A stretch of 63,668 nt of DNA, the filler included. It is 8 parts of 8 records of this genome, joined end to end, with 100 filler letters (N's around TTAATTAATTAA, not from the genome) between each part and the next. Parts side by side here need not be neighbours in the genome. Positions count along the whole stretch, not along the records: positions 36,866 to 45,760 come from SRR20825010_3546; positions 45,861 to 53,840 come from SRR20825010_3550; 6 more parts are not named here. One strand, written 5' to 3'. This document shows positions 41,500 to 51,936 of the stretch, one piece after another (the first letter of the stretch is position 1; the number at the start of each line of letters is the position of its first letter). The notes below the pieces were generated by a model. That model worked only from the letters and a program-made list of their open reading frames with translations. It did no database searches and was not told the origin of the DNA. The translations under genes were made by a program, and so were the position numbers.

Positions 41500-43293
41500 A
41501 TGTCCAAACCTACATCCTTAAAAGTACAGTTGAGTGCGCTTCCCAATAACCCGGGAGTGTACCAGTTTTATGATGCGGACGGCAAAATTCTGTACGTAGG
41601 TAAGGCCAAAGACCTGAAGAAGAGGGTTTCTTCCTATTTCAACAAAAAGCAGGAGTACGGAAAAACCAGAGTGCTGGTAAAAAAAATTGATTCCATAAAG
41701 CATATTGTGGTGCCTACCGAGTCGGATGCCCTGTTACTGGAGAACAATCTTATTAAAAAATTGTTGCCAAGGTATAACGTGCTGCTCAAGGACGATAAAT
41801 CCTATCCTTGGATATGCATTAAAAATGAACGTTTTCCAAGGGTATTCTCCACAAGAAAGTTGATCAAGGATGGTTCAGAATATTTTGGCCCCTACACCAG
41901 CATGAAAACGGTTCGGACGCTCTTGGACCTGATCAAGAGTCTATATCCTTTGCGTACGTGCAACTATGATTTGTCGGAAGAGAAAATAGATGCAGGAAAG
42001 TACAAGGTATGCCTAGATTACCATTTGGGCAATTGCTTGGGGCCCTGCGAAGGTCTTCAAACGGAGAAAGAGTATCACGGACAGATTGAAGATATCAGGC
42101 AGATCATTAAGGGCAATTTAAAAGACTCCATACAGACTTTTAAACAGCAAATGAAAGACTATGCCGAGGAGATGGAGTTTGAAAAAGCTCAAAAGGTAAA
42201 GGATAAAATTGATGTGCTGGAGAATTATCAAGCTAAATCCACCGTGGTGAACCCTAAGATCAACAATGTGGATGTGTTCACCATTATTTCTGATGAAACC
42301 CACGGATATGTAAATTTTTTACAGATTTCGCATGGGGCCATAATTCGGTCCCACACCTTGGAGATTAAAAAGAAGCTGGACGAAACCGATGAAGAGTTAT
42401 TACAATTGGGAATAACGGAGCTTAGACAGCGTTTCAATTCAACATCTAAAGAGGTGTACCTCCCCTTCCCGGTTACTGTAGAGGAAGATGTAAGGGTAAC
42501 CCTTCCCAAATTGGGAGACAAACGCCGAATTTTAGATCTTTCCGAACGCAATGCGAGGTTTTATCGCCAAGATAGACTGAAACAGATTAGGATAACCGAC
42601 CCTGACCGTCACACTAAACGGATTATGGCCCAGATGAAATCGGATCTGAGATTGTCGGAGGAGCCACGGCATATTGAATGTTTTGACAACTCCAACATTC
42701 AAGGAAGCAATCCCGTTGCAGCTTGTGTGGTTTTCAAGGACGGAAAGCCATCCAAAAAGGATTATCGCCACTTCAACATAAAAACCGTGGAAGGCCCCGA
42801 TGACTTTGCCAGTATGGAAGAAGTGGTCTTTAGGAGGTACAAAAGGTTGCTGAACGAAGAGGAACCACTCCCACAGTTAATTGTGATTGATGGGGGAAAG
42901 GGACAATTGTCATCGGCATTAAAGAGTTTGGAAGTTCTGGGGCTTCGGGGTAAAATCGCCATTATAGGCATTGCAAAGCGCTTGGAAGAAATTTATTTTC
43001 CGGATGATTCAGTGCCATTGTATCTGGATAAACGTTCGGAAAGCCTGAAAATAATCCAGCAGCTGAGGAACGAGGCCCACCGATTTGGTATAACCCATCA
43101 CAGAAACAAAAGAAGTAAGGGCGCGATTAGTTCAGAATTGGTTAATATTGAAGGCGTCGGAGAAAAAACCGCCCAACAATTATTAAAAAGCTTTAAATCG
43201 GTAAAACGAATCAAAGAAGCATCATTGGAAGCATTGACGGCCTCGGTCGGTGCTTCAAAGGCAGAGAAAATTCATAAAACATTTCATAAGTAG
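41500..43293 (+). CDS. uvrC: Excinuclease ABC subunit C
   Basis: PGVY, YVGKAKDLKKR GIY-YIG, ECFDNSN, IDGGKGQ, RNEAHRF; TAACTTTG promoter box at 41455-41462. Confidence 0.97.
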   Translation: MSKPTSLKVQLSALPNNPGVYQFYDADGKILYVGKAKDLKKRVSSYFNKKQEYGKTRVLVKKIDSIKHIVVPTESDALLLENNLIKKLLPRYNVLLKDDKSYPWICIKNERFPRVFSTRKLIKDGSEYFGPYTSMKTVRTLLDLIKSLYPLRTCNYDLSEEKIDAGKYKVCLDYHLGNCLGPCEGLQTEKEYHGQIEDIRQIIKGNLKDSIQTFKQQMKDYAEEMEFEKAQKVKDKIDVLENYQAKSTVVNPKINNVDVFTIISDETHGYVNFLQISHGAIIRSHTLEIKKKLDETDEELLQLGITELRQRFNSTSKEVYLPFPVTVEEDVRVTLPKLGDKRRILDLSERNARFYRQDRLKQIRITDPDRHTKRIMAQMKSDLRLSEEPRHIECFDNSNIQGSNPVAACVVFKDGKPSKKDYRHFNIKTVEGPDDFASMEEVVFRRYKRLLNEEEPLPQLIVIDGGKGQLSSALKSLEVLGLRGKIAIIGIAKRLEEIYFPDDSVPLYLDKRSESLKIIQQLRNEAHRFGITHHRNKRSKGAISSELVNIEGVGEKTAQQLLKSFKSVKRIKEASLEALTASVGASKAEKIHKTFHK

Positions 43294-43296
43294 GCC

Positions 43297-45570
43297 ATGG
43301 GAAACAAGGCAATATTATTTACCGTTCTGATTGCTTCGCTCTGTTTGAAGGGGACGGCCCAGAATACCCCGGAAAACAGACCGCCAAAAGTGGGCCTTGT
43401 GCTCAGTGGTGGCGGAGCCAAGGGGTTGGCCCATATCGGAGCTTTGAAGAAAATCGAGGAAGCGGGGGTTAAAATCGACTACATCGGTGGGACAAGTATG
43501 GGGGCCATTGTAGGAGCGTTGTATGCGTCTGGCTACTCCGCGCAGGAACTGGATTCCATATTCAGAAAAACGGATTTCACCCGTTTAATACAGGATAATG
43601 TACCGCGGAGCGCCAAAACATTTTATGAAAAGGAAGATTCGGAACGCTACGCTTTATCACTCCCCTTCGAAAACTTTAAGGTATCCTTTCCACAGGCCAT
43701 TTCCAGCGGACAGAACATATATAATCTTTTGGTTCAACTATTGTTCCACGTAAAGGATGTGCAGGATTTCGGTAAATTACCCATACCATTTCTATGTATG
43801 GCCACCAATGTGGAGACAGGAGAAGAGATTTTGTTAGATAGAGGTTACTTGCCAGAGGCCATCGTCGCTAGCGGAACGTTCCCCTCCCTTTTTGAGCCTG
43901 CCGAGATAAACGAGCAAATTTTGATTGATGGTGGTGTGGTCAATAACTATCCGATAGCGCAGGTAAAGGCAATGGGCGCCGATATTATCATAGGGGTGGA
44001 CGTGCAGCATGATCTGGCCACAAGGGAATCCCTTTCTTCGGCCACGGAAATCTTGTTGCAGATCAACAATTACCGTACTGTCAACGATATGAGAAAGAAG
44101 TCCAAGGAAACCGACGTTTACATAAGACCGGACATCGATGAGTTCTCCGTAATTGCTTTTGACAGGGGCAAACAGATTATAAAAAGCGGGGAAAAGGCGG
44201 CTGAGGAAAAATTCGATGAACTTAGGCAAATTGCCCTGAGGCAAGGTGAGACGGCAAAACCTAGGAAGAGAATCACGGTAGTGGACAGTTTGGTCGTGAA
44301 CCGGATGATCATTGAAGGGAATGATCAATATACCCGGGGCTATATAAAAGGAAAGCTCCGGTTTGATTTGGCGGAAAAAATCTCTTTCGAAGATTTACGA
44401 CAGGGAATGAACAATCTATCTGCTACGGGCAATTTTAAAGCTATTCGGTATGATTTGATTTCCAATGGATTGGGGACCGATTTGATTTTAAAGCTCAAGG
44501 AGAATCCGACCAAAATGTTCATTAAAATGTCTGCCCACTATGATGATTTGTACAAGAGCGCGGCGCTCATCAACCTTACCAAAAAGAATTTTTTGATGAA
44601 GGACGATGTGGCCTCGTTCGATTTTATTCTTGGGGACCACATCAGGTACAATATGCAGTATTATCTGGACAAAGGATATTATTGGAGTTTCGGGATAAAT
44701 TCCAAGCTGACCGATTTTGATTCGGAGATTGATTTTTCCCTCATCCAAGGTAATTTTGATGTTCCCCTCAACCCGAATATCCAAAGGATAAACGTGGATG
44801 TAACGGACCTTACCAACCAGATATATCTTCAAACCGTGTTAAAGGAAGAATTTGCGTTTACCATAGGGGCAGAGCATAAATTTTTGAACTATAGCACAAG
44901 AACGCTAGGCCAGTTGGACGTGGATCCAGATGTCCAAAACGATGCTCCGACAGGCAATCAAAGATCCAACTTCGAAAATTCTAATTATTTCAGCGCATTC
45001 TCTCAAGTAAAGTTGGATACGTACGACGACAAGTACTTTCCTACAAGAGGGCTGTTTTTTGATGGAGATTTTCATTTTTATGCATTCTCATCCGATTACA
45101 ACGAGAACTTTTCAGAATTTGCCGTGGCCAAAGGAAGATTTGGAGGTGTGTTCTCTCCAGTCCACAATTTAAGCTTTAAATTGGAGGCGGATGCCGGGTT
45201 TAAACTGGGAACAACCCCAGTGAGTTCCTTTGACTTTATTTTGGGAGGCTTTGGAAACGATTTTGTAAACAATTTTGTGCCCTTTTTTGGATACGACTTC
45301 CTTAGTCTGCCTGGGAACAGTTATGTAAAAGGGTTCGGCCGTTTGGACTATCGTTTTGCTCCCAAGCACCATGTGCTTTTTTCCGCCAACTACGCCACCG
45401 TTGCGGACGATTTGTTCAGAACAGGGGATTGGTTTGAGGAGCCAAGTTTTTCAGGGTATGGACTTGGGTACGGTTTTGAATCCTTTTTGGGACCTATCCA
45501 AATATATTATTCTTGGTCGCCAGAAATCAGTGAGGGTAATTTTTTCTTTAGTGTCGGGTATTGGTTTTAG
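43297..45570 (+). CDS. Patatin-like phospholipase fused to POTRA/Omp85 barrel (PlpD-like)
   Basis: SGGGAKG, GTSMG, DGG motifs; C-terminal barrel ending FSVGYWF. Confidence 0.9.
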   Translation: MGNKAILFTVLIASLCLKGTAQNTPENRPPKVGLVLSGGGAKGLAHIGALKKIEEAGVKIDYIGGTSMGAIVGALYASGYSAQELDSIFRKTDFTRLIQDNVPRSAKTFYEKEDSERYALSLPFENFKVSFPQAISSGQNIYNLLVQLLFHVKDVQDFGKLPIPFLCMATNVETGEEILLDRGYLPEAIVASGTFPSLFEPAEINEQILIDGGVVNNYPIAQVKAMGADIIIGVDVQHDLATRESLSSATEILLQINNYRTVNDMRKKSKETDVYIRPDIDEFSVIAFDRGKQIIKSGEKAAEEKFDELRQIALRQGETAKPRKRITVVDSLVVNRMIIEGNDQYTRGYIKGKLRFDLAEKISFEDLRQGMNNLSATGNFKAIRYDLISNGLGTDLILKLKENPTKMFIKMSAHYDDLYKSAALINLTKKNFLMKDDVASFDFILGDHIRYNMQYYLDKGYYWSFGINSKLTDFDSEIDFSLIQGNFDVPLNPNIQRINVDVTDLTNQIYLQTVLKEEFAFTIGAEHKFLNYSTRTLGQLDVDPDVQNDAPTGNQRSNFENSNYFSAFSQVKLDTYDDKYFPTRGLFFDGDFHFYAFSSDYNENFSEFAVAKGRFGGVFSPVHNLSFKLEADAGFKLGTTPVSSFDFILGGFGNDFVNNFVPFFGYDFLSLPGNSYVKGFGRLDYRFAPKHHVLFSANYATVADDLFRTGDWFEEPSFSGYGLGYGFESFLGPIQIYYSWSPEISEGNFFFSVGYWF

Positions 45571-45760
45571 TAAAAATCACTCGATCAAAAGGCTCAATTT
45601 TCTTAATAATTTGTCAAAAAAACGGTAAAACCAATCAATAATACAGAGGTTTAGTTAAAGTCCGTTAAAAACAATTTTTCCTACAAAACGTTGCCGTATC
45701 TTTACACCACATAAGGGGTGGTTCCCTTATAACTTTAAGTATTGGTTTTTCATAATTTAA

Positions 45761-45860
45761 NNNNNNNNNNNNNNNNNNNNNNNNNNNNNNNNNNNNNNNN
45801 NNNNTTAATTAATTAANNNNNNNNNNNNNNNNNNNNNNNNNNNNNNNNNNNNNNNNNNNN
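45761..45860. other. Artificial contig-joining spacer
   Basis: N44-TTAATTAATTAA-N44. Confidence 0.99.
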
Positions 45861-46397
45861 CTGATCCTCGACGAGCCGACGAACCATCTGGACATCGATG
45901 CCCGTGACGCGCTGGTGCAGGCGATGAACGATTATACCGGCGCCGTCATTCTGATCAGCCATGACAGACGCCTGCTGGAGCTCACGGTAGACCGGCTCTG
46001 GCTTGTTTCTGGTGGGGGCGTGAAACCCTATGACGGCGATCTCGACGGGTATCGTGACTGGCTGCGTCAGGAAGAACGTGCGGCCGCCCGTGCAGAGAAT
46101 GGCTCGGCTGGGCCGGAGAAGAAAAACGACCGCAAACAGGCCCGCAAGGATGCGGCTGATCGGCGCAAGCAAACCGCGGATCTCCGCAAGCGGGCGCGCG
46201 AGCTGGAAAAGAACATCGAGAAATTGAACCAGCATAAAGCCAAACTCGAAGCACAGCTTGCCGACCCCAAGCTGTATGAAGGACCGACATCGGACATGAA
46301 GGCGCTGATCCTGAAGAAAGAAGCAGTGAATCAGGAGCTGGAAGTTACGGAAGCGGAGTGGCTGGAAGCAGAAGCGGCTCTGGAAGAAACAAAATAA
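45861..46397 (+). CDS. ABC-F family ATPase, 5'-truncated
   Basis: LILDEPTNHLD, ISHDR, C-terminal coiled coil with LADPKLY. Confidence 0.92.
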   Translation: MILDEPTNHLDIDARDALVQAMNDYTGAVILISHDRRLLELTVDRLWLVSGGGVKPYDGDLDGYRDWLRQEERAAARAENGSAGPEKKNDRKQARKDAADRRKQTADLRKRARELEKNIEKLNQHKAKLEAQLADPKLYEGPTSDMKALILKKEAVNQELEVTEAEWLEAEAALEETK

Positions 46398-46415
46398 AGC
46401 GGGAGGAGGGCAGCC

Positions 46416-48008
46416 ATGCCCCGGACGATCACTGCGCGCGAACTTCACGATGCGCTTTACGGAACCGGTGAAATTGCCCTCATTGATGTAAGGCCGGAAG
46501 CGGTATTTGGTGCGAACCATATCCTTCTCGCTGCAAATATTCCGCTCGGTCATCTTGAGCTACGCATGGCGGACCTTGTCCCCCGGCTCTCTGTCTCCGT
46601 TGTTCTGTGCGATGGCGGGGAGGGGCTGGCGGAGCTCGCGGCTCAGCGCTTGGCGGGGCTTGGCTATACGGACATCTCTATCCTCGAAGGCGGTGTGAAT
46701 GCCTGGGGCGCGGCCGGTCTTGAGCTTTTCAGCGGGCTTTATGTGCCGAGCAAGGCCTTCGGCGAATATGTCGAGCACGAATATGAAACCCCGTCGGTTT
46801 CCGCCGAGGAACTGCACCGGATGATGGAGCAGGGGGAGAATATGGTGGTGCTGGACTCGCGGCCGATGGGCGAGTTCACCATGATGAACATCCCGACCGG
46901 AATCGACATGCCCGGCGCCGAGCTGGTCTATCGGGTACAGGAGGCGGCATCCGATCCGAGCACGACAATCGTGGTCAATTGCGCCGGCCGGACCCGCAGT
47001 ATTATCGGCGCCCAGTCCCTGATCAATGCGGGGGTTCCGAACAAGGTGGTCGCGCTGCGTAACGGCACCATGGGATGGCATCTGGCGGGGTATCAGCTTG
47101 AGCATGGAAACGTGCGCCCGCCGCCGGAAGTCAGCCCCGAGGGACGGAATCTCGCACGCCAGCGATCGCGGTCAGCGGCTGACCGTTTCGGTGTGCGCCG
47201 TGTCGATGCCAAAACTTTGGAGGGCTGGCGCTCGGAAGCCGCGGAGCGCACGCTCTATGTGCTTGATGTCCGGACAATCGAAGAATTCGAAGCAGGGCAC
47301 ATCGCAGGGTCTCGCCATGCTCCCGGCGGGCAGCTCGTGCAGTCGACAGACTCCTATATGGGGATCCACCGGGCGCGGGTGGTTCTGGTCGATCCGGAAT
47401 TCGTACGGGCGGAAATGTCCGCGAGCTGGCTCCGGCAACTCGGCTGGGAAGAGGTGTACGTCCTCGATACCGGGTTTGATGGCCAGACGCTGGAGAAAGG
47501 CGCGCGCACTCCTGTTCTGCTGGGGGATTTGCCCGCTGTTGATCTGCTGTCTCCTGATGAGGCGAAGCGGAATGCCGATGCAGGCGCCGCTTTCGTTGAT
47601 CTGACCCGGAGTCTCGACCATCGGGACAATCATCCGGAAGGAGCCCGATGGGGCAAGAGGGAGACGCTTGAAGGCGATCTTAAGGCTATTGGCTGCTCTG
47701 AAGCCGTTTTGACTGCGGCTGACCATCGGCTGGCAGTCCTGGCCGCTGGCGATCTGGCAGAATCGGGAATTCGCTGCACGGTGATTGATGGCGGAAGCCG
47801 GGCCTGGGAAATGGCCGGCCTTCCAATGGCGGCCGGTATGGGCGCGCCATTGGCTGTTTTGGATGATGTATTTATGCGTCCCTACGATAAGGACGCAGGC
47901 AAAGCGGAGATGGAACGGCGGATGAACGCCTATCTAAGCTGGGAGGTGGGGCTGGTCGAGCAGATCGGACGCGCCGGCGGCATCAGTTTCCAATCCTATC
48001 GGAACTGA
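46416..48008 (+). CDS. Four-domain rhodanese-like sulfurtransferase
   Basis: Four rhodanese repeats (IDVR, LDSR, LDVR, VDL); VPSKAFGE; NCAGRTRS. Confidence 0.88.
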   Translation: MPRTITARELHDALYGTGEIALIDVRPEAVFGANHILLAANIPLGHLELRMADLVPRLSVSVVLCDGGEGLAELAAQRLAGLGYTDISILEGGVNAWGAAGLELFSGLYVPSKAFGEYVEHEYETPSVSAEELHRMMEQGENMVVLDSRPMGEFTMMNIPTGIDMPGAELVYRVQEAASDPSTTIVVNCAGRTRSIIGAQSLINAGVPNKVVALRNGTMGWHLAGYQLEHGNVRPPPEVSPEGRNLARQRSRSAADRFGVRRVDAKTLEGWRSEAAERTLYVLDVRTIEEFEAGHIAGSRHAPGGQLVQSTDSYMGIHRARVVLVDPEFVRAEMSASWLRQLGWEEVYVLDTGFDGQTLEKGARTPVLLGDLPAVDLLSPDEAKRNADAGAAFVDLTRSLDHRDNHPEGARWGKRETLEGDLKAIGCSEAVLTAADHRLAVLAAGDLAESGIRCTVIDGGSRAWEMAGLPMAAGMGAPLAVLDDVFMRPYDKDAGKAEMERRMNAYLSWEVGLVEQIGRAGGISFQSYRN

Positions 48009-48039
48009 GCGCGCCGGCTTCCGTCATGGCCGAATCTCG

Positions 48040-49224
48040 CTATGCAAGAGCGCCCATGCGCTCGAAACCGGCCTCAAGGTCCGCTATGAGATCGGCTTCA
48101 TCCTCCAGCCCGGCATGAATACGCAGAAGCTGCCCCGGATGATCCCACTGTGTTGCGGTACGTGCCGCAGCGGGATCTCCGGGAAGAATTAGGCTTTCAT
48201 AGCCGCCCCAGCTCGCGCCCATGCCGTAGAATTCAAGCCCATCCAGAAAGGCGGCAAGCGCCGTTTTTGATACTGGATTGAGAACAAAAGAAAAAAGTCC
48301 GCTGGAGCCGCTGAAGTCCCGTTTCCAGAAATCGTGTCCCGGACAAGAAGGCAAGGCTGGATGCAACACGCGCTCGACTTCGGGTCTGTCCTGTAACCAT
48401 TTGGCCAGCACCAGAGCTGATTTCTCGTTCTGCGCGAGCCGTACGGCCATTGTTCTGAGCCCGCGTTGCGCCAGATACAGATCGTCCGGGCCGGAGCAGT
48501 TGCCCTGCATATAAACCATGTCGCGGACTGCACCGGCATGGGCGCTCCGGCTGGCGATGGTGCCCATCATGATGTCGGAATGACCGCAGATATATTTCGT
48601 CACCGCCTCGACAACGATATCGACGCCATGCTCCAGAGCGTTGAAATAGAGTGCTGTCGCCCAGGTGTTGTCCATGATGACGGTCGCATCGTGCTGATGC
48701 GCGATGGCCGCGAGCCTGGGGATATCAGAGACCTCGAAAGTTATGGTTCCGGGGGCTTCCAGATAGACCACCCTGGTTTCCTGCCGGATATTCTCTGCAA
48801 GCTGCTCCGGCTTCATCGGGTCGAAATAGCTTGAAGAGACCCCGAACCGCTTGAGAAAGCCTTCCGCGAACTTCCGTGTCGGGAAATAAACGTTGTCAGC
48901 CAACAGGATATGATCGCCGGCAGAGACCTGGCTGAGGATGGCGCAGCAGAGAGCGGCGAGACCGGAAGAAACCGCGATGGCATCGTCGGAGCCGTATAGG
49001 GCAGCGACGGCTTCCTCGAAGGAGCGGCTGGTCGGCGTTCCACGGCGCCCGTAACGGTAGCCCTCGAATTCCGGTTTCCGGGATGCTTCGAGTTCCGCGA
49101 GGGTAGGTTTGAGAATCGTTGAGGCATGGTAAACCGGTGGATTGATGATCCCATGGTTGTGGTGCGGATCTCGTCCCGCGTGAGCGACGAGGGTGCGCAT
49201 TTTGGTTTTTGTGCCGGTTTTCAT
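48040..49224 (-). CDS. metC: Cystathionine beta-lyase
   Basis: NPPVYHAST, YGRRGTPT, DNTWAT, TKYICGHSD, MGASWGGYESL. Confidence 0.94.
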   Translation of the reverse strand: MKTGTKTKMRTLVAHAGRDPHHNHGIINPPVYHASTILKPTLAELEASRKPEFEGYRYGRRGTPTSRSFEEAVAALYGSDDAIAVSSGLAALCCAILSQVSAGDHILLADNVYFPTRKFAEGFLKRFGVSSSYFDPMKPEQLAENIRQETRVVYLEAPGTITFEVSDIPRLAAIAHQHDATVIMDNTWATALYFNALEHGVDIVVEAVTKYICGHSDIMMGTIASRSAHAGAVRDMVYMQGNCSGPDDLYLAQRGLRTMAVRLAQNEKSALVLAKWLQDRPEVERVLHPALPSCPGHDFWKRDFSGSSGLFSFVLNPVSKTALAAFLDGLEFYGMGASWGGYESLILPGDPAAARTATQWDHPGQLLRIHAGLEDEADLIADLEAGFERMGALA

Positions 49225-49603
49225 GCGATCTCCGAAATTATAAAGGGGTATCGAGAAGATTCTGTATTTGAGATTTTATTGTCAAAAAAGCACGGATGTC
49301 CGCCGAAAATACGCGAGGGTTGCAGTGACGGCATGGATATTCCTGACCGGCCGGTTCTTCTCGCACTTGCAAAACACCGCAACGGCGTGTTGGAATTACC
49401 TCTACTGTCATGAAGTCTGGCTCCAAGGTCATCCGTGTTTCGTTCAAGTTGATCGAGCAAAGGAAAGAAAAAGCCGAGTAGTCGGAGTACATGACAGTGA
49501 ACAACGACCGGGATCCACGGGGGCGATCCTAAGTCTTAGTCAGGGGTATGCAGACCGGGACAACCGGCCGTCGTTAACCGAAACATAACAGGGTGGGTTT
49601 AGG

Positions 49604-50647
49604 ATGAAGAAACTGAGTCTTTTGGGCCTTGGCCTCGGCATGATGGCCAGCCTAGGCTTCACAGCCGAAATGGCGTCCGCGCAAAGCACGCTGGACATCG
49701 TGAAGCAACGGGGACATCTGCGGTGCCAGGTCGGCACTCCGGCTCCGGGCTTCTATCAGCTTGATGAAAAGGGTGACTGGTATGGTAGCGACGTGGCCAT
49801 CTGCCGCGCCGTTGCAGCCGCCATCTTTGACGATCCGAGCAAAGTGGAATTCCAGTCCGTGACCAGCGCGGTGCGTTTCACCGCCATGGCCAACGGTGAG
49901 TCCGACGTGCTGTCCCGCACGACGACCTGGACTCTGTTCCGTGACACGCAGCTCGGCCTCGATTTCACGGCCGTTAACTTCTATGACGGCCAGGGCTTCA
50001 TGGTCGACAAGGACCTGGGCGTAAGCAGCGCGCTTGAACTGAAGGGCGCGACCGTCTGCGTGCTGACCGGCACCACGACCGAACTGAACCTTACCGACTT
50101 CAGCCGCACCAACGATCTTGAGATCGAGCCGGTTGTCTTCGAAGATTCCAACGTCCGTGACGATACCTTCGCCAAGGGCGGCTGTGACGCGATCACCAAC
50201 GACAAGTCCAGCCTGGCCTCCACCCGCGCGAAATTCCCGGATGCATCCAAGTATGTCGTGCTTCCGGAAACGATTTCCAAAGAGCCGCTTGGTCCGGTCG
50301 TTCGCCAGAACGATTCCCAGTGGATGGATATCGTGAAATGGACCGTCTTCGCCCTGATTCAGGCCGAGGAAATGGGCATCGACAGCACCAATATCATGGA
50401 TATGGCCGCCAACCCGGCCTCTCCTGAAATGGCGCGTATGCTCGGTGTCGAAGGCGACCTGAACAAAGGTCTCGGCCTTGAGCCGGACTGGGTTGTCCGT
50501 ATCATCAAGCATATCGGCAACTACGGTGAAGTGTACGAAGAGTACATGGGCACTAAAGGTGAGTTCGCCATTGGTATCCCGCGTGACGGCAGCCCGAACG
50601 CACTGTGGACCAAGGGCGGTCTGATGTACTCCCCGCCGTTCCGGTAA
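49604..50647 (+). CDS. aapJ: General L-amino acid ABC transporter binding protein
   Basis: DVLSRTTTWT, YDGQGF, ISKEPLGP, GNYGE, GGLMYSPPFR. Confidence 0.93.
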   Translation: MKKLSLLGLGLGMMASLGFTAEMASAQSTLDIVKQRGHLRCQVGTPAPGFYQLDEKGDWYGSDVAICRAVAAAIFDDPSKVEFQSVTSAVRFTAMANGESDVLSRTTTWTLFRDTQLGLDFTAVNFYDGQGFMVDKDLGVSSALELKGATVCVLTGTTTELNLTDFSRTNDLEIEPVVFEDSNVRDDTFAKGGCDAITNDKSSLASTRAKFPDASKYVVLPETISKEPLGPVVRQNDSQWMDIVKWTVFALIQAEEMGIDSTNIMDMAANPASPEMARMLGVEGDLNKGLGLEPDWVVRIIKHIGNYGEVYEEYMGTKGEFAIGIPRDGSPNALWTKGGLMYSPPFR

Positions 50648-50662
50648 GAAATCCAATACAGC

Positions 50663-50689
50663 AGGCCCGGTCGAAACTCGACCGGGCCT
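50663..50689 (+). terminator. Intercistronic hairpin after aapJ
   Basis: AGGCCCGGTCGA-AAC-TCGACCGGGCCT perfect 12-bp stem, weak U tract. Confidence 0.65.
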
Positions 50690-50730
50690 CTGTTCTTTGG
50701 ATCACTTAATCTTACGCGGAGATCGGCTAT

Positions 50731-51933
50731 ATGGCTGTCGTTGACAGAGGGGCGTCGGGACAGGGTTCATCGTTTTCGGAAATCGTAAACGACGAGCGTT
50801 ACCGATCCATATTCTACCAAATAATCGTGTTTGCAGCCGTTATGTGGGTCGGCTGGTACTTGTTCTCAAACACGTCACAAAACCTCGAAGAACGGGGAAT
50901 GAGCGCCGGTTTTGGCTTTCTGAATAGCACTGCCGGGTTCTCAATATCGTTTTCCATTATTCCTTACGAAGCCGGTGACAGCTACCTGTGGGTCTATCTG
51001 GTAGGCATCACCAATACGCTTCTGTTGTCGTTTCTTGCCATCGTGGCGACGACCCTGCTTGGGTTTTTCATCGGCATTCTGCGGCTGTCCAAAAACTGGA
51101 TGGTTGCGCAGCTGGCGTCCTGGTACGTCGAAATCCTGCGAAATACGCCGCTTTTGCTGCAGATCCTGTTCTGGTATCTCGCTGTTTTCGCGATCCTGCC
51201 GAGGCCGAAGAACAGTCTCGATGTTCTCGGACTTGAGGTTTTTCAGCTGAATAACAGGGGATTCTATTTCCCGGCACCGATTCCAGGGGATCTATTCTGG
51301 CTGACCATGGTCACGCTTCTTGTCTCCGTGATCGTGGCCTATTGCATCGCGGTTTGGGCCAAGAAACGGCAAAATGCGACCGGTCAAAGATTCCCGGCTT
51401 TCTGGACCGCCGTGGGTATCATTGTCGGTGTTCCGCTTTTGATGTTCCTGGTGACGGGCTCTCCGCTGCAATGGGAAATTCCTGTTCTTAAGGGCTTCAA
51501 TTTCTCTGGTGGATCATCCGTTCCTCCGGCGTTCCTCGCGGTTTTCATCGCTCTCGTGATCTATCACGCCTGCTTTATCGCAGAGATGGTGCGGGCCGGG
51601 ATTCTGTCAGTCAGTCACGGGCAGACCGAGGCATCGTATTCCCTTGGACTGAAGCCGGGACTTACGCTGCGGCTGGTGATCATCCCGCAGGCCATGCGGG
51701 CAATCGTTCCGCCGCTGATCAGTAACTGGATGAATGTGGTCAAGAATTCGTCCCTGGCAATTGCCGTGGGCTTTCCTGACCTCGTCGCGGTCTTCATGCA
51801 GACCTCGCTGAACCAGTCCGGCCATGCGATCGAGATCGTGGCCATGGTGATGTTCTTCTACATGACCGTGAGCCTGAGCATTTCCGCCGCGCTGAATTAT
51901 TACAACAAGCTCGTTCAATTGAAGGAGCGGTGA
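50731..51933 (+). CDS. aapQ: Amino acid ABC permease
   Basis: RNTPLLLQ, AEMVRAGI...GQTEA, KNSSLA. Confidence 0.92.
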   Translation: MAVVDRGASGQGSSFSEIVNDERYRSIFYQIIVFAAVMWVGWYLFSNTSQNLEERGMSAGFGFLNSTAGFSISFSIIPYEAGDSYLWVYLVGITNTLLLSFLAIVATTLLGFFIGILRLSKNWMVAQLASWYVEILRNTPLLLQILFWYLAVFAILPRPKNSLDVLGLEVFQLNNRGFYFPAPIPGDLFWLTMVTLLVSVIVAYCIAVWAKKRQNATGQRFPAFWTAVGIIVGVPLLMFLVTGSPLQWEIPVLKGFNFSGGSSVPPAFLAVFIALVIYHACFIAEMVRAGILSVSHGQTEASYSLGLKPGLTLRLVIIPQAMRAIVPPLISNWMNVVKNSSLAIAVGFPDLVAVFMQTSLNQSGHAIEIVAMVMFFYMTVSLSISAALNYYNKLVQLKER

Positions 51934-51936
51934 GCC

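Noticed and set aside
43297-45570. Patatin-Omp85 fusion as a novel system
   Set aside because: Known PlpD-like (type Vd) architecture, widespread in Flavobacteriaceae.
49652-50656. 334-aa antisense ORF mirroring aapJ
   Set aside because: Antisense shadow caused by codon bias; no independent signals.
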